Below are positions 7,571 to 16,450 of a DNA stretch of 32,000 bases, piece after piece. The stretch comes from Longivirga aurantiaca (GTDB taxonomy: Bacteria; Actinomycetota; Actinomycetes; S36-B12; CAIYMF01). The DNA lies in contig NZ_JBHSTI010000008.1 in NCBI RefSeq assembly GCF_042660085.1, positions 1,569,876 through 1,601,875 of the forward strand, written 5' to 3'. The notes beneath the pieces were generated by a model, which saw only the letters and a program-made list of their open reading frames with translations, searched no databases and was not told the origin of the DNA. Position numbers and translations under genes: made by a program. Numbering within the stretch: position 1 is the stretch's first letter; each line of letters opens with the position of its first letter.

Positions 7571-9252
7571 GCGCTGGGCTCCTTGCTGGGCTGGGGCTCC
7601 TCCGAGCCTACGTCCCGGCGGCGTCGAAGACCGAACACGGCGAGGATCCAGAGCACCACGGCGGCCGCGGCCGCCAGCAGCTCGGGCACCGCCCCCGCGC
7701 TGTCCGCGATGGTGAGGTCGTCGCGCAGCGGGACGGTGTCGACCAGGTAGCCGGCCTGCAGCTCGCCGATCGAGCCGGCGAGGGTGCCGTCAGGGCGCAC
7801 GATCGCCGAGATGCCGCTCGTGGACGCGATGAGCACCGCCCGGCCGTGCTCCACCGCGCGCAGCCGCGACATCCCGAGCTGCTGCTGCGGCTGGCCGGTG
7901 AGGTTGTAGGTCGCGTTGTTGGTCTGCACCGCGAGGATCCGGGCCCCCTGGCCCTCCAGGTCGCCCTTCACCCCGACCCCCTGCACGGCTGCACGCCCGA
8001 GCTCGTCGTAGGCCACCTCGAAGCAGATGAGGTTGCCGAGCCGGGCCGGACCCACCTGCAGTACCCCGGTGGAGTCACCGGGCGCGAAGTCGCGCGGGAT
8101 CCGGTCGAAGCGACCGATGAGCTTCGCGAGCACGGCCCGGCCGGGGATCCACTCGCCGAACGGCACGGGGTGCTGCTTCACGTAGAAGTCCGACGGGCCG
8201 GGCGTGCCCGACGAGGTGGGCAGCCACACGATGCCGGTGTTCCAGATGTACGTCGGGTCGTCCGGCTTCTCGACGACCGCGCCCACCAGCACCGGCACGT
8301 CGATCGCGTCGACCGCCGACTGGATCCGCGCGGCTGCGGCGGGATCGCGCAGCGGGTCGATGTCGGTGGAGTTCTCGGGCCAGATCACCAGGTCGGGCTG
8401 CGGGGCGCGGCCGGCGGCCACGTCGGCGGCGAGCCGCTCGGTCTCCGCGACGTGGTTCTTCAGCACCTGCTCGCGCTCGCCCTGGAAGTCGAGGCCGGGC
8501 TCGGGCACGTTGCCCTGGATCACCGCAGCGACCACCTCCGACGGCTGCCCGTCGGTGGCCTGCCCCTCGGTCGGCAGCGGCACGAGACCGCCGGCGGTGC
8601 AGATGACGGCGACGGCGACGAGGGTGCCGACCGCGAGCCGCGGCTCGCGCCAGCGCAGCACGACGAACGCCAGCAGCGCCCCGACGAGGGCGATCGCGAA
8701 CGTCACCAGCGGAGCCCCCGCCAGGGCGGCGTACGGCGTGAGCGTGGTGTCGGTCTGCCCGTACGCCAGGCGGCCCCACGGGAACCCGCCGAGCGGGACG
8801 CGGTCGCGGATGGCCTCGGAGAGCACCCACATGAGCGGGACCACGAGCGGCCAGGCGCGCAGGCGCGAGGTGGCGGCGACCCCCGCGGCGGTGAGGGCGA
8901 TGAACAGCGCGAAGGCACCGCCGAGCAGGAGCCAGGCATCGGTGCCGACCACCCGCATCCAGGCGAGGTGCGGCAGCAGGAACGCGGCGCCGGCGAGGTA
9001 GCCCAGCCAGAACCCGCGGCGGGCGCGGACGCCGTGCCACGAGAGCGTCATGAGCGCGAGCGCCGGTGGTGCGAGGTAGACGATGTCGTACGGCGGGAAG
9101 GAGAGCACCAGCAGCAGCCCGCCGAGGATCGATCCAGCCGCGCGGAGCATGGTCTCGCGGGCCACCGGGCCACGGGAGGGCCGAGGCTCCACGCCGTCCA
9201 CGCCGGGGACCTCGTCGAGCCCCTCGCGAGCGTCGTCACCCGTCACGGACAC
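7567..9252 (-). CDS. lnt: apolipoprotein N-acyltransferase
   Basis: 561 aa; PLVMPLMWVLSEAIRDR.PLGGFPWGRLAYGQ, DLVIWPENSTDIDP, YVKQHPVPFGEWIPGR, NLICFEVAYDEL; catalytic nitrilase-type motifs. The stop overlaps the ppm1 start. Confidence 0.92.
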   Translation of the reverse strand: MSVTGDDAREGLDEVPGVDGVEPRPSRGPVARETMLRAAGSILGGLLLVLSFPPYDIVYLAPPALALMTLSWHGVRARRGFWLGYLAGAAFLLPHLAWMRVVGTDAWLLLGGAFALFIALTAAGVAATSRLRAWPLVVPLMWVLSEAIRDRVPLGGFPWGRLAYGQTDTTLTPYAALAGAPLVTFAIALVGALLAFVVLRWREPRLAVGTLVAVAVICTAGGLVPLPTEGQATDGQPSEVVAAVIQGNVPEPGLDFQGEREQVLKNHVAETERLAADVAAGRAPQPDLVIWPENSTDIDPLRDPAAAARIQSAVDAIDVPVLVGAVVEKPDDPTYIWNTGIVWLPTSSGTPGPSDFYVKQHPVPFGEWIPGRAVLAKLIGRFDRIPRDFAPGDSTGVLQVGPARLGNLICFEVAYDELGRAAVQGVGVKGDLEGQGARILAVQTNNATYNLTGQPQQQLGMSRLRAVEHGRAVLIASTSGISAIVRPDGTLAGSIGELQAGYLVDTVPLRDDLTIADSAGAVPELLAAAAAVVLWILAVFGLRRRRDVGSEEPQPSKEPSA

Positions 9253-9286
9253 GCCCTGACATTACGTGATGGTTCGGGCCGCCCCG

Positions 9287-9910
9287 CTACTGCTCGAAGC
9301 GCGAGGGGTCGCCGGCGCCGTAGCGCAGGATCTCGGGCTCGGGCGTGGAGAGGTCGACGATGGTCGTCGGCTCCATCCCGCAGTCGCCGGAGTCGACCAC
9401 GGCGTCCACGAGGTGGTCGAGGCGCTCCTTGATCTCCCAGCCCTGGGTCATCGGCTCCGCGTCACCGGGCAGGAAGAGCGTGCTCGACAGGAGGGGCTCC
9501 CCCAGCTCGGCGATGATCGCCTCGGTCACGGTGTGCTTCGGGATGCGTACGCCCACCGTGTGCTTCTTCGGGTGCAGCATCCGGCGCGGCACCTCGCGGG
9601 TCGCCGGAAGGATGAAGGTGTAGCTGCCGGGGGTCGCGGCCTTCACGGAGCGGAACATCGCGTTGCTGACCTGCACGTAGTGCCCGAGCTGGGCGAAGTC
9701 GGCGCACACCAGGGTGAAGTGGTGCTTGTCGTCGAGGTGCCGGATCTCCTTGATGCGCTGCAGCCCGGCGGCGTTGCCGACCATGCAGCCCAGCGCGTAG
9801 CAGGAGTCGGTGGGGTACGCGATCAGCCCGCCGTCGCGCAGCAGCTGCACGATCTGGCCGAGCGAGCGCGGCTGCGGGTTGTCCGGGTGCACGTCGAAGT
9901 AGCGGGCCAC
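9287..9910 (-). CDS. Sua5/YciO/YrdC/YwlC family protein (L-threonylcarbamoyladenylate synthase-like)
   Basis: GGLIAYPTDSCYALGCMVGNAAGLQRIKEIRHLDDKHHFTLVCADFAQL...PGSYTFILPATREVPRRMLHPKKHTVGVRIP. Confidence 0.88.
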   Translation of the reverse strand: MARYFDVHPDNPQPRSLGQIVQLLRDGGLIAYPTDSCYALGCMVGNAAGLQRIKEIRHLDDKHHFTLVCADFAQLGHYVQVSNAMFRSVKAATPGSYTFILPATREVPRRMLHPKKHTVGVRIPKHTVTEAIIAELGEPLLSSTLFLPGDAEPMTQGWEIKERLDHLVDAVVDSGDCGMEPTTIVDLSTPEPEILRYGAGDPSRFEQ

Positions 9911-9971
9911 CGGACGACAGTACGTCGGTGGCGCCCGTGCTTTCGCGGCAACGCCCAGGTCGAGGGCAGCG

Positions 9972-10382
9972 TCACCCGCGCTGCAGCAACGACAGAGGGA
10001 CCGGAGGGATGGTCTCGACCTTGCCGCGCAGGATCTTCACGAGCGAGAAGATCGACGTGTAGAGCCCCCAGGCGTACGCCGCGAGCACGACGGCCGAGAT
10101 GATCGTGCCGGGCAGGATCTTGCTGACCGACAGGTAGAAGCCGAGCACGAACAGCCCGGCGTACACGAGCTGCACCAGCAGCGAGAGCCGGAACCAGTGC
10201 AGGGCGAACGGCCGGTCGCGCAGGAACAGGCGGAGGAACAGCGGGCCGATCACCGGGGCCGGCCACATGCAGCCGGCGCAGGCGATGGCGAACGCCGTGT
10301 CGCCGCCGGTCGGGTGGGTCAGCCGGTCCTCCGGCGGTGCGTCCTCGGGCCAGGCCAGCGAGTCGTCGTGGTTGCTGCTCAC
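9972..10382 (-). CDS. hypothetical membrane protein
   Basis: GTG start 10382; 136 aa VSSNHDDSLAWPEDAPPEDRLTHPTGG...RLSLLVQLVYAGLFVLGFYLSVSKILPGTIISAVVLAAYAWGLYTSIFSLVKILRG; 4-nt overlap with upstream gene stop (10379). Confidence 0.7.
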   Translation of the reverse strand: MSSNHDDSLAWPEDAPPEDRLTHPTGGDTAFAIACAGCMWPAPVIGPLFLRLFLRDRPFALHWFRLSLLVQLVYAGLFVLGFYLSVSKILPGTIISAVVLAAYAWGLYTSIFSLVKILRGKVETIPPVPLSLLQRG

Positions 10383-10825
10383 CCGCCCACCGTACGTGCT
10401 GCCCGGCTGCCGGCACTCGCGCAGGCCACCATCAGCGCCACGACGACGGGCACCATGAACAGCCCGACCGACAGGAGCGCGAGCACGGTGAACACTCCCA
10501 GCAGCGCCGTGAGCGCCCAGGCGCCGGCGCGCTGTCCCCTGCCCCCGACGCCTAGGAGGAGCCCCACGAGGAGCGTGACGGCGAGAGGGATGGCCAGGAC
10601 GAGCACCGCGGTCCAGCCGTTGACCTGCACCAGGGTCGCCGTCCCCGTGATCTCCTCCGTGCCGCCCGACCCGTCCACGGTGGCCGACGAGCTCGAGTAG
10701 CCGTAGAGCGGCAGAGTGAAGGCCGCGAGCACGAGCAGCACCGACCACACCAGCGCGAGCACGAGCGCGACCCGGGCGGTGAACGGGAGCGACCGCTCGC
10801 GCACGAGCGGCTGGGTGTCGGCCAT
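10379..10825 (-). CDS. hypothetical membrane protein
   Basis: MADTQPLVRERSLPFTARVALVLALVWSVLLVLAAFTLPLYGYSS...; several TM helices. Confidence 0.7.
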   Translation of the reverse strand: MADTQPLVRERSLPFTARVALVLALVWSVLLVLAAFTLPLYGYSSSSATVDGSGGTEEITGTATLVQVNGWTAVLVLAIPLAVTLLVGLLLGVGGRGQRAGAWALTALLGVFTVLALLSVGLFMVPVVVALMVACASAGSRAARTVGG

Positions 10826-10864
10826 GCGCCGATGGTCCTCCGCTTCGTGCCCCGCGTCGAGGTG

Positions 10865-11254
10865 TCAGCCGGGGACGACGACCGTGCCGGTCGCCGTCGT
10901 CGCCACGATGGGCTCGTCGAGCACGGTGGCAGCCGACGCCGACACGGCCGGGGTCGCGCGGCAGACCACCCGCGCCTCGAACGCCACCGTGCGCGACCGG
11001 CGGCCGACACGCGTCACGGTGGCGGTGGCCTCGAGGACGTCGCCCCCCATGACCGGCGCATGGAACGTGACGACCTCGTAGGCGGCGAACAGGCCCTCGT
11101 CGCCGTCGGTGCGGATGCCCAGCTCGGTGGCGACGTCGCCGAACATGCCGAGCACGTAGGCGCCGTCGACGAGGTTGCCCCCGTAGTGCGCGTGCGAGTA
11201 GGGCACGTAGCGGCGGTGGGTCACGGAGACGCCGAGGCGCGGGTCGTCGGTCAC
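10865..11254 (-). CDS. kal: 3-aminobutyryl-CoA ammonia-lyase (hotdog fold)
   Basis: [90 protein letters not shown]; position directly after kamE. Start could instead be TTG at 11260, which would give a 4-nt overlap. Confidence 0.85.
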   Translation of the reverse strand: MTDDPRLGVSVTHRRYVPYSHAHYGGNLVDGAYVLGMFGDVATELGIRTDGDEGLFAAYEVVTFHAPVMGGDVLEATATVTRVGRRSRTVAFEARVVCRATPAVSASAATVLDEPIVATTATGTVVVPG

Positions 11255-11256
11255 GG

Positions 11257-12021
11257 TCAACCAGCCTTCTTCCGGGTCGAGGGTGCGGGGACGAGCGACG
11301 ACACGAGGTACGAGGCGACCTCGCCCGGGGTCGTGCCCTTGCCGAAGATGCGGTCGACGCCGAGCTCGGCCGTCATCGACTCGTCGAAGCGCGGGCCGCC
11401 GACGACGAGCAGCGGCCGCTTGTCGCGCGGGAACGCCTCGCGGAAGGCGGCGCTCATCTCGCGGGTGTTGGTGAGGTGCGCGTCCCGCTGCGTGACCACC
11501 TGGGACACGAGCACGGCATCGGCCTTCGCGAGCCGCGACGCCTCGACGAGGTCGGGCACCGAGACCTGGGCGCCGAGGTTCACGACCGTGATCTCGGAGT
11601 AGTACTCGAGGCCCTTCTCGCCCGCGAAGCCCTTGATGTTGAGGATCGCGTCGATGCCCACGGTGTGCGCGTCGGTGCCGATGCACGCGCCCACCACGAC
11701 GAGCGGCCGGTGCAGTCCCTTCTTGATCGCGGCGTTGATCTCCTTGGGCGACAGCAACGGGTAGTCGCGCTCGACCACCTGCACCTCGCGCACGTCGACC
11801 AGGTGCTGCACCGCGCCGTACACGACGAAGAAGGTGAAGTCGGGCCCCATCGCCTTGGCGTGCACGACCATGGCCGGGTCCATGCCCATCTTCTTGGCGA
11901 GCAGCAGAGCGGCTCCCTCGGCACGCTTGTCGTGCGGCAGCGGCAGGGTGAAGGACATCTGCACCATGCCGTCGCCCGTGGTGTCGCCGTACGGACGCAC
12001 GATGTGCTTGCTCGCCCTCAT
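11257..12021 (-). CDS. kamE: beta-lysine 5,6-aminomutase, beta (cobalamin-binding) subunit
   Basis: [69 protein letters not shown]...[31 protein letters not shown]; DxHxxG cobalamin motif present. Confidence 0.95.
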   Translation of the reverse strand: MRASKHIVRPYGDTTGDGMVQMSFTLPLPHDKRAEGAALLLAKKMGMDPAMVVHAKAMGPDFTFFVVYGAVQHLVDVREVQVVERDYPLLSPKEINAAIKKGLHRPLVVVGACIGTDAHTVGIDAILNIKGFAGEKGLEYYSEITVVNLGAQVSVPDLVEASRLAKADAVLVSQVVTQRDAHLTNTREMSAAFREAFPRDKRPLLVVGGPRFDESMTAELGVDRIFGKGTTPGEVASYLVSSLVPAPSTRKKAG

Positions 12022-13613
12022 CGGGTCGCCCCCTCCTCGAGCAGGTCCGACGCCGGGTTCACGTAGTCGGGCGCCTTCCTCACCACGCCGTCGAGACCGC
12101 GTCCGGCGTCGGCCGGGCGCTTCATGAGCCCGAAGGTGCCGTCGGCGATCGCGTTGAGCAGCGTGTCGTCGACGATGTCGTCGAGGAGGTCGACCGCCTC
12201 GCCGAGCACCTGTCGGGCTCGTCGGGCGATGAAGCCGTCCGGCGCCGGGCGGAAGTCCTCGCGCAGGTTGCCGGCCGCGTTGAAGACGTAGCGCACGTTC
12301 TGGAGCGCGAGGTCGCGGTCGGACAGCCACGGGGTGACGACGGCCTCGGTCATCATGCCGACGAGCAGGATCCCCTGGCCGGTGAGCGCCCCGGCGAGGT
12401 TGAAGAAGCCGTCGAGCAGGTAGCCGCGGAAGACGTCGCCCGTCATGTGCTTGGTGGGCGGCATCCACTTGAGCGGGGCCTCGGGGAACAGCGCGCGGGC
12501 GAGCATCGCGTGCGCGAGCTCGAGCCGGAACGAGTCGGGGATCTCGGGCACGATCTCGAACGCGTGCCCGAGGCCGAGCTGCCAGTCCTGCAGCCCCGCC
12601 TCCTTGGCGAAGAACTCGTTGAGCAGCTGGCTCACGGTCACCGTGTGCGCGGCGTCCACGGCGTCGGCCGTCGTGAGGTAGTTGTCCTCGCCCGTGTTGA
12701 TGATGATGCCGGCGCGCGCGTGCACCTGGCGGCTGAACCTCTGGTCGACGAACGTGCGCACCGGGTTGATGTCGCGGAAGAGGATCCCGTACATCGAGTC
12801 GTTGAGCATCATGTCGAGCCGCTCGAGACCTGCGAGCGCTGCGATCTCGGGCATGCAGAGGCCGCTTGCGTAGTTCGTGAGGCGCACGTAGCGGCCGAGC
12901 TCCTTGCTCGTCTCGTCCAGCGCCGCGCGCATCAGCCGGAAGTTCGCCTGGGTCGCGTAGGTGCCGGCGTACCCCTCGCGGGTCGGGCCCTCGGGCACGT
13001 AGTCGAGCAACGACTGCCCGGTGGAACGGATCACCGCGATGACGTCCGCACCCTCGCGGGCCGCCGCCTGCGCCTGCGGCATGTCCTCGTAGATGTCGCC
13101 CGTGGCCACGATGAGGTAGATCCACGGCGAGGGCGGGTCTCCGTACGTGCCGATCATCCTGTCGCGGGCTGCGCGCTGGGCGTCGACCCGGCGGACGCCG
13201 GCCGCGATCTGCGCGCGGGCCTTGCGCGCGGCGGTGGAAGCGGCCTTCCCCTCCGGCAGGCGGAACTGCACCGAGCCGGCAGCGGCCTTCTGCGCCACCG
13301 TGAGCAGGTCGTCGCCGGTGCGGATCATGGCGTCCCACACGGGGATCGCGACACCGGTCTCGAGGCCGACCTGCTCGCGGACGACGTCGACGAGGCGGTT
13401 GACCCACGGGATGCCCTCGACGTCGGCGCCCTCGAGCCCTGCGAGGCGCAGGGTGGCACGCTCGACGGACACGGTGGTGTGCTGCTTGGCGAGCTTCACG
13501 ACCGGTGCGCCGGCCTTGCGCGCCAGCGACCGGGCCTTGCGGATGGTGACGGGATCGAGGTCGAGCATCCGCCTCGGGTCGTTGGCTGCTGTGACGTACG
13601 GACTGCGGCTCAC
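12018..13613 (-). CDS. kamD: beta-lysine 5,6-aminomutase, alpha subunit
   Basis: [42 protein letters not shown]...IPWVNRLVD...[36 protein letters not shown]...[31 protein letters not shown] start 13613; ATGA overlap with kamE. Confidence 0.95.
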   Translation of the reverse strand: MSRSPYVTAANDPRRMLDLDPVTIRKARSLARKAGAPVVKLAKQHTTVSVERATLRLAGLEGADVEGIPWVNRLVDVVREQVGLETGVAIPVWDAMIRTGDDLLTVAQKAAAGSVQFRLPEGKAASTAARKARAQIAAGVRRVDAQRAARDRMIGTYGDPPSPWIYLIVATGDIYEDMPQAQAAAREGADVIAVIRSTGQSLLDYVPEGPTREGYAGTYATQANFRLMRAALDETSKELGRYVRLTNYASGLCMPEIAALAGLERLDMMLNDSMYGILFRDINPVRTFVDQRFSRQVHARAGIIINTGEDNYLTTADAVDAAHTVTVSQLLNEFFAKEAGLQDWQLGLGHAFEIVPEIPDSFRLELAHAMLARALFPEAPLKWMPPTKHMTGDVFRGYLLDGFFNLAGALTGQGILLVGMMTEAVVTPWLSDRDLALQNVRYVFNAAGNLREDFRPAPDGFIARRARQVLGEAVDLLDDIVDDTLLNAIADGTFGLMKRPADAGRGLDGVVRKAPDYVNPASDLLEEGATR

Positions 13614-15160
13614 GCCGCCACCTCCTCGAGTGCGCCGGCGTCGTGCAGCACCGAGCCGCGCAGCACTGTGCGCAGGCAGGTGGGCGTGAAGCCGGTGGTC
13701 AGGTCGGGCCAGCCGTGCTCGTCGGTCGTCGCGACGGCCCAGATCGCGTATGTCGCGGGCGCTCCGACGGCGATGACGCCGGACTCCCGGTCGCCGACCG
13801 AGTCGTGGCCCGCACGCGTGTGCGCGTCGAACGCGCTCGCGACATCGATCCGCTGCGACTCCGTGCGGTGCAGGACCGCGCCCCGCACACCGCCCCAGGG
13901 GTCGAACGGCGTGACCGGCGAGTCGCTGCCGAGCACGAGCGGCACCCCGGCGCGCTGCAGGTCGCCGTACGGGTTGAGGCCGGGGCCACGAGCGGGCCCG
14001 AGGCGGTCGACGTACATGCCGTCGGTGCCGCCCCAGAACGCGTCGAACGCGGGCTGCACCGAGGCGATGACCCCATGCTCGGCGAGGACGGCGACGGCCT
14101 CGCCGTCGCACATCTCGGCATGCTCGAGCCGGTGCCGCAGAGCTCGGACAGCGTCCCGCCCGACCGCTGCCGCGGCCGCCCGCAGGCCTGCCACGACGGC
14201 GTCCATCGCGCCGTCGCCGATCACGTGGAAGCCCGCCTGCACGCCCTCGCGCGAGCACTGCACCAGGTGGTCGGCGATGCTCGCCGCGTCGATGTAGAGG
14301 GCGCCGTGCGTGTGCTCGTCGTGGTACTCGGTGCGCAGGCAGGCCGTGCGCGAGCCGATCGCACCGTCGATGGACAGGTCGCCGGCCGCGCCGTGAGCGC
14401 CGAGTCGGCGCATGACGTCGAGGCCGCCCGTGGAGGCGAGCTGGCCCCAGTAGACGACGACCTCGGGGAGCGTCTCGGCGCGCGCGAGCGCGAGGAGCGA
14501 CGCGGCGTCGTCCTCCCCCGAGATGTCCGGCCCGGCCATCTCGTGCACGGCTGCGATCCCCTGCGCCGCAGCCGATCGCAGCGCGAGCCTCTGCACCTCG
14601 CTGGTCTGCGATCCGGTCACCGTGGCGAGCGCGGTGCCCCGGATCGCGTTGTGCGCCTCGCGGCGCACCCAGCCGTCCGCAGACCAGCCCTCGAGGCGCT
14701 CGGCCCCGGGGGTCGACGCCAGCATCGCGCCGCTGACCAGAGCCGAGTGGACATCGACGCGCGACAGGTAGACCAACGAGCCGTACGACGCGCGGTCGAG
14801 CTCGGACGCGGTCGGCAGCTCGCGGACGGGCCAGGTGGTCTCGTCCCAGCCGTGGCCGAGGATCGTGCGGCCGCGCAGCTGCTGCGTGCGGGCGGCGACG
14901 AGGTCGAGGAGGTCGGTCTTGGACCGCGCACCTGTGAGGTCGAGGCCGGCCAGCATGAGGCCGGTGTCGGTGGTGTGCACGTGACCGTCGACGAACGCAG
15001 GCATGAGGTGGGCGCCGTCGAGCTCGATGCGACGGTCGACCGCCGGCGCCGCGCCGCGCGAACCGATCCACGCTAGGACGCCGTCGCGGACGACCACGTC
15101 GAGGTCGCGAACCGCACCTTCGTGCAGCACCCGACCGCCCGCCAGGAGCGTGCTCGTCAC
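13610..15160 (-). CDS. YtcJ-like amidohydrolase in the lysine-degradation operon
   Basis: VTSTLLAGGRVLHEGAVRDLDVVVRDGVLAWIG...LMPAFVDGHVHTTDTG...IDGAIGSRTACL...FHVIGDGAMDAV...RHRLEHAEM...VPLVLGSDSPVTPFDPWGGVRGAVLHRT; 4-nt overlaps on both sides. Confidence 0.85.
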   Translation of the reverse strand: MTSTLLAGGRVLHEGAVRDLDVVVRDGVLAWIGSRGAAPAVDRRIELDGAHLMPAFVDGHVHTTDTGLMLAGLDLTGARSKTDLLDLVAARTQQLRGRTILGHGWDETTWPVRELPTASELDRASYGSLVYLSRVDVHSALVSGAMLASTPGAERLEGWSADGWVRREAHNAIRGTALATVTGSQTSEVQRLALRSAAAQGIAAVHEMAGPDISGEDDAASLLALARAETLPEVVVYWGQLASTGGLDVMRRLGAHGAAGDLSIDGAIGSRTACLRTEYHDEHTHGALYIDAASIADHLVQCSREGVQAGFHVIGDGAMDAVVAGLRAAAAAVGRDAVRALRHRLEHAEMCDGEAVAVLAEHGVIASVQPAFDAFWGGTDGMYVDRLGPARGPGLNPYGDLQRAGVPLVLGSDSPVTPFDPWGGVRGAVLHRTESQRIDVASAFDAHTRAGHDSVGDRESGVIAVGAPATYAIWAVATTDEHGWPDLTTGFTPTCLRTVLRGSVLHDAGALEEVAA

Positions 15161-16233
15161 AGGTGACCCTCCGCCGCGAGCCGCTCGTTGAACAGGGTCT
15201 GGATCCCCGGCTCGGTCCGCAGCAGGTCGAACGCCATCTCGGCGTGACCCGGGGTGAAGCCGTTGCCGATCAGCATGGTCACGTCGGCGGCGAGGCCCTC
15301 CGCGCCGAGCGCCGCCGTGGCGAACGACGTCGCCATCGAGAAGAAGATGATCGTGCCGCCGTCGCCGCACGACAGGATCGCGCCGTGCTCGCAGCCGGGG
15401 ACGTCGACGCACACCACCACGACGTCGGCGACGTCGCCCAGCGCGTTCTCGATCGCGTCCGACAACCCGACCGGGTCGCGCGCGTCGGCGAGGGCCACGT
15501 TGTCGGCGAGGCCGAGCCGCTCGAGGGTCTCGGCCTCGCGCATCACCGGGACCACGCCGACCGTGCGGGCCGCACCGGCACGGCGGGCGGCAGCCAGGGA
15601 CAGCGAGCCGCTCTTGCCCGCTCCTCCGACGACGGCGACGGTCGGGGCCTTGCCGGCCTCGACGTAGCGGCGGACGACGCGGGCGGTGAGCGCCGGCGCG
15701 CCGCAGACGTCCATCACCATCATCGCCAGCCGGCCCGGCAGGTCCGTGGGCACCTTGGCGAGGATCGTGCGGTCGAACAGGATCGCGTGGCCGTCGCACG
15801 GGATCTGCTCGCCCGTGCCGTCCCAGTCGCGCAGGTCGTCGTCGATCTGCAGCGGGGTGAGCGTGAGCGACACGAGCGTGGTGATCTGGTCGCCGACGGA
15901 GATCTCGTGGTGGTGGCTCTGCGGCCCGACGGCCTCGACGACGCCGACGAGCATGCCGCCCGACCCGGTGACCGGGTTGTGCATCTTGCCGCGGGTCCGC
16001 ACGATCTCGAGCACCTCGGCGCGCACGGCGTCGCCGTCGCCGAAGTGCTTGTCGGACAGCTGCCGGAAGCTCGCGGCGTCGAGGTTGAGGCGCTGGACCC
16101 GGACGCGGATCTCCCCGGGGTGTAGGTCGGGGCTGGGGTCGAGGCGCCACGCAGCCTGCGGCAGCACGCCGCTCGGCTCGAGGACGCGGTGCAGACCGAC
16201 CGGGCTCACCGGATGACGGGGGCTCACGCGCAC
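15157..16233 (-). CDS. kdd: L-erythro-3,5-diaminohexanoate dehydrogenase
   Basis: HRVLEPSGVLPQAAWRLD...EIRVRVQRLNLDAASFRQL...GKMHNPVTGSGGMLVGVVEAVGP...VAVVGGAGKSGSLSLAAARRAGA. GTG start at 16233 preceded by GGAAGGA; ORF track extends to 16284. Confidence 0.9.
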   Translation of the reverse strand: MRVSPRHPVSPVGLHRVLEPSGVLPQAAWRLDPSPDLHPGEIRVRVQRLNLDAASFRQLSDKHFGDGDAVRAEVLEIVRTRGKMHNPVTGSGGMLVGVVEAVGPQSHHHEISVGDQITTLVSLTLTPLQIDDDLRDWDGTGEQIPCDGHAILFDRTILAKVPTDLPGRLAMMVMDVCGAPALTARVVRRYVEAGKAPTVAVVGGAGKSGSLSLAAARRAGAARTVGVVPVMREAETLERLGLADNVALADARDPVGLSDAIENALGDVADVVVVCVDVPGCEHGAILSCGDGGTIIFFSMATSFATAALGAEGLAADVTMLIGNGFTPGHAEMAFDLLRTEPGIQTLFNERLAAEGHL

Positions 16234-16311
16234 TGATCCTTCCCTGCGGCGACGCCGCTGTCTCGGGACGCGCCAGGAAGGCACTCCATGCCGGAAGTAA
16301 CGGGACGATCT

Positions 16312-16334
16312 CGCCCGTGATCACACTACGGGCG
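16312..16334. promoter_or_regulatory. inverted repeat CGCCCGT-GATCACACT-ACGGGCG in the kdd/kamA divergent intergenic region, candidate operator
   Basis: 7-bp perfect arms with 9-bp spacer; also contains GTGATCAC 8-bp palindrome (16317..16324). Confidence 0.4.
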
Positions 16335-16450
16335 CAAATCCTTGCGTCGGATGATGCCAGATCCGGACGATGTCCCGTATCCTCGCGCCAGGATCACGCG
16401 CGTGTCCGGTCGACGGCCGGCCGCGCGTTCGCGACGCACCGGAGGATGAC

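Noticed and set aside
13643-15076. Plus-strand 477-aa ORF over the amidohydrolase and 12447..14297 over kamD
   Set aside because: Antisense artefacts with biased composition.
16234-16450. Cobalamin or lysine riboswitch upstream of kamA/kdd, expected for a B12-dependent pathway
   Set aside because: No B12-box-like or lysine-riboswitch conserved core recognised by eye; a Rfam/Infernal scan would be needed to exclude it fully.
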